A DNA stretch of 50,245 bases, from positions 1-50,245 of the forward strand of contig CALGGV010000013.1 in assembly GCA_937915725.1 (NCBI GenBank), read 5' to 3'. The DNA is from an uncultured Selenomonadales bacterium (GTDB taxonomy: Bacteria; Bacillota; Negativicutes; Selenomonadales; Selenomonadaceae). Below are positions 19,172 through 27,139 of this stretch, piece after piece. The notes beneath the pieces were generated by a model. That model searched no databases. It saw only the letters and a program-made list of their open reading frames with translations, and was not told the DNA's origin. The translations under genes and the position numbers were made by a program. Position 1 is the first letter of the stretch. Every line of letters starts with the position of its first letter.

Positions 19172-21210
19172 TTCACAACCTCAAAAATATTTGGCAAAAT
19201 CAAACGCTGTTTAAATTTTTCGCTAAGTTCAAGCCTGCCCCTTATGTATTCGCCGAGCATTGGTTCAATTTTTTTGCTCCAGTCTTTTTTGTCAACATTA
19301 TCCCAATCCAGCATTAAATTTAATTCTTCCAAAATTTTTTCCCACGCCTCAAACATTCCTTGACTTTTGATATATTTTTTGAAGGCGTCAAGATATTTTT
19401 CAGCGTCAACTTCTTTATAAGGATTTTTAAAGCCGTTTGAATCGAAAATTTCTGTGTAGGCAGTTTCACTTTCAATAAAAAGTTTTGGCGTAACTTTGAT
19501 ACTGCCGAAACCTAAAGATTTTCCCATTCCGATTTTGTACGCGGGATTTTTTGCGCCATTTAAATTGAAAATCATCATAAGTGCGCCGAGTTCAATTTCA
19601 CTTAAATTTTGGAAACGAATTTTAGATTTAAAGCGGTTGCCTTTCTTCAGCGGCGTTAAATCTTTCGTCATACGTTTTTCAGGCGGTTTTCCAACGTCAA
19701 GATTTCTTTCGGCGTCATTCGCCTTCCAATTCCAATTTTTGTTGTGCCAGTAAAGTTTGTAGCCGCGCAGTTTGACAGAATCTTTTTCCCAATGATTTAA
19801 AATTGCGCCGCCTTGCTTTAAATAAAGTTGGTAAGAAGTCGGATTAGGCTGCATAAGTGGATGAGCGGCGGCAGTTTCCATAGTTTCAACAGTAGAAATT
19901 GGTACAGCGTCTTCAAAACAAACGCGGCTTGCCCAATTTTCCTTACTGCCAAAAACCGCGTCCGCAAAATCTATAATTTTTTCACTTTGCAAATTTTCCG
20001 GTACAATATCGCCGATTGAATTTTTGTACGGAATTCTAAAGCATTGCCCGTGCCCAAACGCCGTAACCTGTCCGCCTTCGTATAAAAAATGACACGGTAT
20101 CAAAGATTTAACGTCATCAGGAAGAGAATTACCACAAAGTTTTTCAAGTTGTTCACGTTTCAAAATTCCTCTGTCTGTGAAAAGATTGACGCCGCGCCGG
20201 TTTCTGTCATGTTCATAAGATTTTAAAACTTCGTCCGGCAATTCAATTCTGTGCTTTTCGCTCCAGTCAATATCAGCAAGACTTAAAAAACGAATTATTT
20301 GCTTGCCGTAATTTAATTCTGCATTTTTTTTGGCAATTTCTTCAGCAGTCAACCCTTTCAAACTTGCACGGTATTCTTCGTATTTTTCCCTAGTCAATAA
20401 ATTTTTGTAATTATCTGGTTTTCTTTGCGTATCTGCCCATTGGTTTCCGGTTACAATGTACGCAATTTCACCGTACCATTTAACGCGAGAATCTATAAAT
20501 CTAACCGGACCGAATACTTCTTGAAAATCTTTAATCATAATAAAATCATTTTTGCGCTCAATATTAGGTTTCAGCGGCGCAATAAAATATTTGTTGTCTG
20601 TAGTTTGAATCAGAAAACCGGGACGCGCATTTTTGCCTTTTTCGCCTTCCATTCTTGCCTTGTAGGTGTTGCATAAATCTTCCATCCATTTTGGCGCGCC
20701 ACTTGGAGCCATTAAACACCGAAAATAAATATGCTCGTCATTAAAATCTTCGCCCTTGCCTTGCGATTTTGTACCGCCACGAAACGCGCCGCAAGTTACA
20801 ATTTTAAAAATATTTTTGAACATACCGCGCAGAGAACTTCCGGAAATTATAAATTTATCGACGGGCGCAAAACTTTTTTTACCATTGCCGCCAAAAAATA
20901 ACGGAGTCCAATTTTCAATTTCAAGTTCAATTTCGCCGCTGATTTTTCCAAATTTTTTAATGTGATCTTTGAAATCGTCAACTGTTTCAATTTCTGAAGG
21001 CAAAATTTTTTCAGGCAGTGAAACAAAATTATAAGGCGCGGTTGCAATTTCTGTTGAAATTTTTGGCGCAAAATGTTTAACGGGAGCATTTTTTTTAGGC
21101 GGCGGATTTTTTTTGCCTTTGCTGTAGGAAAAATTTTTTTGCGCCGGTTTTTCTTTCGGCAATGCTACGCCGCCAAATTTTGCTAATTGTTCTCTCCAAT
21201 CTTCAGCCAA
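19168..21210 (-). CDS. Large type III RAMP protein (Cas7-like with a big insertion; TIGR03986-like)
   Basis: Lys/Pro-rich N-terminus followed by APYNFVSLP; RAMP motif ISGSSLRGMFKN; C-terminal G-rich loop GMGKSLGFGSIKV. TTG start with an AAGAAGGTG SD. Confidence 0.65.
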   Translation of the reverse strand: MAEDWREQLAKFGGVALPKEKPAQKNFSYSKGKKNPPPKKNAPVKHFAPKISTEIATAPYNFVSLPEKILPSEIETVDDFKDHIKKFGKISGEIELEIENWTPLFFGGNGKKSFAPVDKFIISGSSLRGMFKNIFKIVTCGAFRGGTKSQGKGEDFNDEHIYFRCLMAPSGAPKWMEDLCNTYKARMEGEKGKNARPGFLIQTTDNKYFIAPLKPNIERKNDFIMIKDFQEVFGPVRFIDSRVKWYGEIAYIVTGNQWADTQRKPDNYKNLLTREKYEEYRASLKGLTAEEIAKKNAELNYGKQIIRFLSLADIDWSEKHRIELPDEVLKSYEHDRNRRGVNLFTDRGILKREQLEKLCGNSLPDDVKSLIPCHFLYEGGQVTAFGHGQCFRIPYKNSIGDIVPENLQSEKIIDFADAVFGSKENWASRVCFEDAVPISTVETMETAAAHPLMQPNPTSYQLYLKQGGAILNHWEKDSVKLRGYKLYWHNKNWNWKANDAERNLDVGKPPEKRMTKDLTPLKKGNRFKSKIRFQNLSEIELGALMMIFNLNGAKNPAYKIGMGKSLGFGSIKVTPKLFIESETAYTEIFDSNGFKNPYKEVDAEKYLDAFKKYIKSQGMFEAWEKILEELNLMLDWDNVDKKDWSKKIEPMLGEYIRGRLELSEKFKQRLILPNIFEVVK

Positions 21211-21808
21211 TTTTTACACCTTCTTTGGAGCAACTGTTCTTACTCATCGCAGTTGCAGGTTCAATCGCCACAAAACGATAATCACTGTAGCCGCAAAGTC
21301 CGGTTTTTTCGTCGCTTGAAATATAATTGCGCGTCAAAAGTCCGTACCATTTAGAATTTTTATCTTCGCAGGGAATTTCCATGCAAAGTTTACGTTGCTT
21401 ATCAAGGAGTTTTATAAAACCGTCGGACACGCTTTTATTTTCGCCCCAGAGCCGCGAAAAACTGTCTACAAAGTACCTTTCGCCGCCTTCGGTATCTTTT
21501 ATATATCTGCCGCAAAAATCGCCGTCAACGCGCTTTAAATGCAATTCTGCAGTTTCGTTAAAAATTCTGCACTCAAGCCAAAATTCCGGCGTAATTTCTG
21601 CGCGCGCAAAAAGTTTTTCGCCTTCAAATTTTCCCCAAATAATATTTTGAATCTGCCACGCCACAAAAACTGCGCGAGCGTTTTTAAATTTTTCCTTGAC
21701 AAGATTTTCAACGACATTCAAAGAAATTTCGCAGTTTATATTTTCAATTTCAGTGGAACATTGGCAAATTTTTAAGCCAACATTTTTTGCAATTTTTAAG
21801 CCGTTCAT
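21203..21808 (-). CDS. csx19: Small type III-D-associated protein (Csx19 / TIGR03984-like, tentative)
   Basis: About 200 aa, sitting between RAMP genes as in III-D loci. ECRIFNETAELHLKR resembles my recollection of the Csx19 motif. Both ends overlap the neighbouring genes. Confidence 0.45.
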   Translation of the reverse strand: MNGLKIAKNVGLKICQCSTEIENINCEISLNVVENLVKEKFKNARAVFVAWQIQNIIWGKFEGEKLFARAEITPEFWLECRIFNETAELHLKRVDGDFCGRYIKDTEGGERYFVDSFSRLWGENKSVSDGFIKLLDKQRKLCMEIPCEDKNSKWYGLLTRNYISSDEKTGLCGYSDYRFVAIEPATAMSKNSCSKEGVKIG

Positions 21809-23121
21809 TCAGATTCACCCCAATTCTTAACAGCCGCGACAAATTCTGAAAGTGCGTCTGTATCGCCTTCAGTAACTTTGCCATTTTCGCCGAGCTTGTA
21901 AGTTTTGCCGTTAAAATTTATTTCGGCGGAAATTCCCTGCAAAGTACCGCGTCCAATGCATTTTTCGCCGCCAATAGCAACTTTTCCCAGCCATAAATCA
22001 CGCAGTAAAAAAATTGCCAAGCCCGCCTCAAAATTTTTTGCACTTAAAATTTCAAAATGTATGTGCAAAGTCGGCGCGTTAATTTTCTGATAAACCGGCT
22101 TAGTTTTGAAAAGCGCGCCCTGCAAAGTTCCGCCGGTAAATCTGTCAATTTTATTTCTTGCGTGTTCAAATTCAGAAACTTTTTCCGGCTCAATGTAACT
22201 TTCAGAAACTATAAAGCGGCTTTTAATTTTTTCGTCGCCTTCAGAATTGCCCATTAAATTATTTAAAAATTTTTCGTCAAGATTCAACTTTTGAAAAATG
22301 TACTCGGCGCGGTGGCGGAAAATTCCTTTCAAACTTGTACCCGGAATTACAAAATCTGAAAGACTTTTCATACTTACAGCCGAAATTTTTTTATTGCGGT
22401 CGTCGTCAGAAATTTCATAGTCTCGCACAATGAATGACGAATTGAATTTAAAATCCGCGTCAACAACAAAATTTTCACTGTCTGCCGAAATAATTTGAGC
22501 GGAGGAAATTTTTTCAGACGCGGTTTTATCTGTAAGCCAAGCGATAACGTCAGCTTTTTTTGTAAAATCGAAAAATTGGGCGTCAATTTCTTCAGCCGCC
22601 GCAAGTCCAAAACCTTTTGCAGTCAACGCGCCTAACCTTATACCGTTTTCAAGTTTGCCCAAAATTTCGGCAATGGTATTTTTAATTTGTTCAATTTCGG
22701 CAAAGTGGCAACCGCGCAAATTTACCAGCATATTAATTTTGCCGCGTGCGCCGCGTTCCACCGCCTCATAATCGTATTTTGCGCCGTCAACGCCCGTACC
22801 CGTCCAGCTGTTAATTTTTACGCCGTCACGGGAAATTATTTCGCCGCCCGTAAGTTCAATATCTTCAATTTGAATCGCACTTTGAAAATTATCCTTGTCG
22901 CCGAAAATTTTTTTGAAAACCTTAGAGCCGCTAAAATCTTCACGCAGGACTCCGCAAATTGAAGTTCCCGGGATAAACGGTACGCCCGCTTGATTTTTCA
23001 AAACGTGAATATCTTTGAAATTGTCAAAATTTTCGCCCGCGCCGTCTCCAATTAAAAGCGGCGATTTTAAAACCAATTCGCCCGTAATTTTAATTTTGCC
23101 GATAATCTGTGAATCAGTCAT
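21805..23121 (-). CDS. Fused double Cas7 (Csm3/Cmr4-like) RAMP protein
   Basis: Two RAMP modules: GVPFIPGTSICGVLRE and VIPGTSLKGIFRHRAEY, with a terminal G-rich loop GGEKCIGRGTLQG. Confidence 0.7.
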   Translation of the reverse strand: MTDSQIIGKIKITGELVLKSPLLIGDGAGENFDNFKDIHVLKNQAGVPFIPGTSICGVLREDFSGSKVFKKIFGDKDNFQSAIQIEDIELTGGEIISRDGVKINSWTGTGVDGAKYDYEAVERGARGKINMLVNLRGCHFAEIEQIKNTIAEILGKLENGIRLGALTAKGFGLAAAEEIDAQFFDFTKKADVIAWLTDKTASEKISSAQIISADSENFVVDADFKFNSSFIVRDYEISDDDRNKKISAVSMKSLSDFVIPGTSLKGIFRHRAEYIFQKLNLDEKFLNNLMGNSEGDEKIKSRFIVSESYIEPEKVSEFEHARNKIDRFTGGTLQGALFKTKPVYQKINAPTLHIHFEILSAKNFEAGLAIFLLRDLWLGKVAIGGEKCIGRGTLQGISAEINFNGKTYKLGENGKVTEGDTDALSEFVAAVKNWGESE

Positions 23122-24643
23122 TTTTGCCGCCGCCTTTCATTGCCGCGTTTTTCCGCGCAAATCTCAAAAAGTTTTGCAGGTACTCATAACAAAATTCATC
23201 TGCAAAATCTGTAAACTTGAAATTAATTTTCTTGAAAAGATTTTCATCGCCGAGCGAAATTGTTTTATTTTCGTAGGGTAATTTTGCCGCGCCGGTCAAA
23301 ATATTATACAGTGTTTGTTCTTCCAGATAAATTTTTTTCAGATTGTCTTGAAAAATGTTGCCGTCCTTACTTTCAGTATTAACTTGTTTACTGAAATTTT
23401 GACGAACATTTTCTTTGCCGACGGTTGAAAGTAAATTGTCAAGGCGTGAGAAAAAGTGCGTAAAATTGCCGCCGCGCAGTTGTGAATTTAATTTTTCGGC
23501 GTCTTCGTGTGCGTAAATTCTCAACTGCTCCAAGTATTTATTAAGCAAAATCTTTCGTGCAATTTCTAAAGTTTCGTCTGAAAAATTTTCCGGTCTTATA
23601 ATTTTCGGCTTTAACTTTGCTAATATGAAATTTTCCGGTTGCCAAAATCTAAGTTGCCCAAAACCTTCTTCAGTGCGCGTACCAAATCCGCTGTACATTT
23701 TTTCGCACAAATTATTTTTATCGGCGTCAGTCAAACTTTTTAAAATTTCAAGTTCAAAAACTGTACCGGCGGCAAGTGCCATAACGCGCGGGCGTTTCAT
23801 TCCCCACGGTACTACAAAATTTTCAATTTCAATTCCGGACGCAAAAATTTTCCCCAACTTAAAATTTTTTTCAAGCTTATCTAAAACTGCAGCCTGTAAA
23901 ATATTTTCAGCACTTATAAAATTATCTTCAATCGCAATTAACGGACTTTCAAGCCGCAAATAAATTTTTTCGCCCAAATTTACCGCCTTAATTTCCTCAA
24001 CCGCGCCAAAACTAAATCTGCACTTGCCGTACTGCGTAAATTTTGAACGCCCGAGCCGCGTCTCAAAAGTTTTATTTTCTAACTCTAATTTGTCAATCAA
24101 AGATTTTTCGCCCAAAATTTCCCCGCAAAAAATCTGTCCTTCTTCCAACGCCTCGTAATTGTAAATGTGCCCTTCCTCACTTTTGCCGGAAATTCTTTCC
24201 TTGCCTTCACTGCGCGACATATGCATAAAAATATTTTTATTTATTGACGCAGTAAAAATTTTTTCGCCGTCAACAATTCCATAACCGCGCAAAGATTTAT
24301 AACCGGCGGGCGGCGTATCTTTCAACAAGTCTGCAATATTATTTTCGTTGCCGGTACCTTTTTTGCCGCGCTGAAGTGAAAGTGGCAAAATAAAACTGCG
24401 CGCGCCGTTAATTTCAGGATTAGCCGAAAGAAATTTTAAGCCGCCATAAAATAATTCTTGAAAATTTTTATCGGCGTGCGCCTTATTGCCCAAATTTTTT
24501 TCTTGCACATAACGCGCCGCCAAAATTCCACGAATTATCGAGCCGCGAATTTCTGAATGACTGCCGGTCATAATTGTTGAATTGCTTGCCGCCGCAATTA
24601 CAACCGGCGATAATGTTTCAATTTTAAATTTAAGCCGGTACAT
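23114..24643 (-). CDS. csx10: Cas5-family RAMP (Csx10-like)
   Basis: N-terminal RAMP motif GSHSEIRGSIIRGILAARY and G-rich loop GFGTRTEEGFGQLRF. The ATG at 24643 is 7 nt after an AAAGGGGG SD, so I prefer it to the listed GTG at 24649. Confidence 0.55.
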   Translation of the reverse strand: MYRLKFKIETLSPVVIAAASNSTIMTGSHSEIRGSIIRGILAARYVQEKNLGNKAHADKNFQELFYGGLKFLSANPEINGARSFILPLSLQRGKKGTGNENNIADLLKDTPPAGYKSLRGYGIVDGEKIFTASINKNIFMHMSRSEGKERISGKSEEGHIYNYEALEEGQIFCGEILGEKSLIDKLELENKTFETRLGRSKFTQYGKCRFSFGAVEEIKAVNLGEKIYLRLESPLIAIEDNFISAENILQAAVLDKLEKNFKLGKIFASGIEIENFVVPWGMKRPRVMALAAGTVFELEILKSLTDADKNNLCEKMYSGFGTRTEEGFGQLRFWQPENFILAKLKPKIIRPENFSDETLEIARKILLNKYLEQLRIYAHEDAEKLNSQLRGGNFTHFFSRLDNLLSTVGKENVRQNFSKQVNTESKDGNIFQDNLKKIYLEEQTLYNILTGAAKLPYENKTISLGDENLFKKINFKFTDFADEFCYEYLQNFLRFARKNAAMKGGGKND

Positions 24644-24645
24644 TT

Positions 24646-25308
24646 TCACGCCCCCTTTGCTATTTTTTCGACTGAAAATTTTTTATCCAAATTTATTATT
24701 TCGCAGGAAATTTTTCCAAAGCCACGATTTCTTTTTGTACCGGCGGCTGTCAAATTTTTTATCGCCAATGCTATTAAATTTAAAATTTTGTCGTTAGGAT
24801 TCAAAATTTCAATCTTGCCAAAAAATTCTACGCCCGCGTTTAAAACGTTCAAATTGTGCAGAGAACCTTTGGCGGCAATTCCATTTTCCAACGCCGTCTG
24901 ATAACGAATTGAAGTAAAAGTTTTCAAAACTTCGGAAGGGCGGAAAATTTCAGGATATTCTTTCTGTAAAAAATCCCATTCGGCGCAAATTTTTTTGTAC
25001 TTGTCAAACGGGCAAATATAAAAATTCGACACAACAATTTGAATATCTGAAACATTTCCCGAATCGTCTGACATTCTGTGAAAAAGATTTTCCGGCGTCT
25101 CCAAATTTTCAGTATCCATTCCGGCAAGTTCAAACATTTCAAAAATTTCAACCGCACTTTCATAAAGCAAGCCCTTAAATCTTTTGGCGGGAAAATAAGG
25201 CAAGCCGTAACTGTCATGAACTATTTCGGCGTCAATATTTACATTTGCTTGACCGGAGCCCAAATGTATTGGCGATTCAACCTTAATTTTTACTTCAAAT
25301 TCTTCCAT
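24646..25308 (-). CDS. Cas7-family RAMP (Csm3-like)
   Basis: GSGQANVNIDAEIVHDSYGLPYFPAKRFKGLLYE and the C-terminal loop GTKRNRGFGKIS. GGAGGTG SD. Confidence 0.7.
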   Translation of the reverse strand: MEEFEVKIKVESPIHLGSGQANVNIDAEIVHDSYGLPYFPAKRFKGLLYESAVEIFEMFELAGMDTENLETPENLFHRMSDDSGNVSDIQIVVSNFYICPFDKYKKICAEWDFLQKEYPEIFRPSEVLKTFTSIRYQTALENGIAAKGSLHNLNVLNAGVEFFGKIEILNPNDKILNLIALAIKNLTAAGTKRNRGFGKISCEIINLDKKFSVEKIAKGA

Positions 25309-26954
25309 TTTTCAGCCACCTCCGGCGAATAAAAATCCATTAATTCTATTGCGTCAACATAGGGCGTGCGCGGCGAATTTTCCGTACTCCACAATAAATC
25401 CGTTATGCAAGTTTCCCAATTCGGCACTACCGGCAACTTTTGCCCTTGAACTTCTAATTGCTGTAAAAATTTTGCTGTATCGTCTTTGCCGCGCTGTAAA
25501 ATTCCCCGCAATTCTTTAATTTTGCCTTGCGTCATAACGTACGGAAATTGCGTTGTGCAGGATAATAAATTTTCGATATTGTAACGGGATTTTTTTTCGT
25601 TGCCGACTTGATAAGGTCCAAAATGCAAATTGCCGCGTGCGCCGGTATATTCACGCTCTCGAATTTGTTCAAGCGTCGGAGCTTGTTCGCCGTGTAAAAT
25701 CGCAAAATCTAACCAACTTGAAATATTTTTTTCAGCGCGCATAGATTCTTTGGCGGCGTCGCAAAGTTGCTCGGCTAATACGTAGCCTCTAAAAAATGGA
25801 TAAGCCGTCGGTAAAATCGCAACGCCCGCGCAACAATCCATTTTCCTTGAAACTTCTTGAGTTAAATTTTCCGGCGAATTTTTGGGCGTTTCCTCGTTCA
25901 AAATTTCCATTAAAGTTTTTGTAAATAAAATTGCCATATTCGCAGGGCAAATGAAAGTTACGTCATCGCCGCCAAGTATCAGCGGGCGTATCGGCAAAAT
26001 TTTTTCATTTTTTAAATCTAAAATATCTGCGAAAAGATTTTCAGTTTTTGCGGCAATAATTTTCAAAAGTAAATCTGCAAACGCGCCTTCAGTTTTTCTG
26101 CGAATTTCCCTTGAAAGTTTGCGCCTTTCCTGCAAATTTTTACAACTGCGAAATTTTACGCCCATATTATTGCCGTCAATGTGAATTATCGCAAAATAAT
26201 TTTCGCCGTCTTTTTGTCCGAGTTCGTCAACTTTTGTTGGAAATTCCCATTCTTCCATTCGCACGGAAGAATTTTTTAATTTAAAAATTTTATTGAAACG
26301 CGCCTTTAAATTTTCATTGGCAACTTTTGAAATTTTCGCCTTAACTGCCGTTTCTTGCGAATAAAATCTAATTTCATCATTCGGCTTTACAATTTTTTCT
26401 GAATCGCAGAAATTCGCCGCCTCGCCGTCAATTTCGCAACTTAAAGTTAAGCCGGTGTAAGGAACATTCACGGCAGGGAAAATATTATTCTGATTATTTT
26501 TCAATTCGCTATAAAGTTCAGAAATATCATCTTGATTCAATTTGCCGTCGATAATATTCAATTCGCCCAACGCCACACCAATTTTTAAGCCGGGGCGTTT
26601 TTCCAAAAGTTTCAAGGAAAAATCTTTGACAACTTCACAGCGTTTATCTTCCTTCGCAGAATCAAAAAGAATTAAAGCATTGCCGCCGCCAATATAAGCC
26701 ACGCAACAACTTTTCATATTTTCCCACGGCGTCTCAATATCTTTTGCGGCGTCCCACACAGTGTCTTCAGCTGACGAAAAATCATCTTCCTCAAAAAAAT
26801 TTTCCAACGTTTCTTTAACCAAAATATCAAAAAAAATTCTGTCCACAATGTACGACGCGCCTATATTTGTTCGCAGTAAATTTCCGGAATAAATGTACCA
26901 CTGAATGGAGCGCGTATCAAAAAGCAACGCGTTATATTTTATTTTCTCTTCCAT
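25290..26954 (-). CDS. cas10: Cas10-like polymerase/cyclase subunit; short form with no HD domain
   Basis: Starts directly with a palm-1-like segment (LLFDTRSIQWYIY...IGASY...YIGGGNALILF). The second palm has AIIHIDGNNMG and an intact GGDD (LILGGDDVTFICP). At 554 aa it has no room for an N-terminal HD nuclease. Confidence 0.7.
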   Translation of the reverse strand: MEEKIKYNALLFDTRSIQWYIYSGNLLRTNIGASYIVDRIFFDILVKETLENFFEEDDFSSAEDTVWDAAKDIETPWENMKSCCVAYIGGGNALILFDSAKEDKRCEVVKDFSLKLLEKRPGLKIGVALGELNIIDGKLNQDDISELYSELKNNQNNIFPAVNVPYTGLTLSCEIDGEAANFCDSEKIVKPNDEIRFYSQETAVKAKISKVANENLKARFNKIFKLKNSSVRMEEWEFPTKVDELGQKDGENYFAIIHIDGNNMGVKFRSCKNLQERRKLSREIRRKTEGAFADLLLKIIAAKTENLFADILDLKNEKILPIRPLILGGDDVTFICPANMAILFTKTLMEILNEETPKNSPENLTQEVSRKMDCCAGVAILPTAYPFFRGYVLAEQLCDAAKESMRAEKNISSWLDFAILHGEQAPTLEQIREREYTGARGNLHFGPYQVGNEKKSRYNIENLLSCTTQFPYVMTQGKIKELRGILQRGKDDTAKFLQQLEVQGQKLPVVPNWETCITDLLWSTENSPRTPYVDAIELMDFYSPEVAEKWKNLK

Positions 26955-27059
26955 AATTTCCCCTCCCTAAAAAAATTTTTCCACAGCTAAAAAAAATATT
27001 CCTGCAACAAAAAGCCGCTTTTGTGTCCTCAAAAAATATAAGTATTAAAAACAAATTTA

Positions 27060-27088
27060 TTGACAAAATATGGAGCAAGGAATAGAAT
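27060..27088 (+). promoter_or_regulatory. Near-consensus sigma-70-type promoter for the sheath-like operon
   Basis: TTGACA (27060-27065), 17-nt spacer, TAGAAT (27083-27088). A TAAGGAGGG SD follows, 6 nt before the GTG start at 27140. Confidence 0.6.
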
Positions 27089-27139
27089 AAATTAACAATG
27101 AAATAAATCTGAATCGGTTAACGATAAGGAGGGTTTTAG

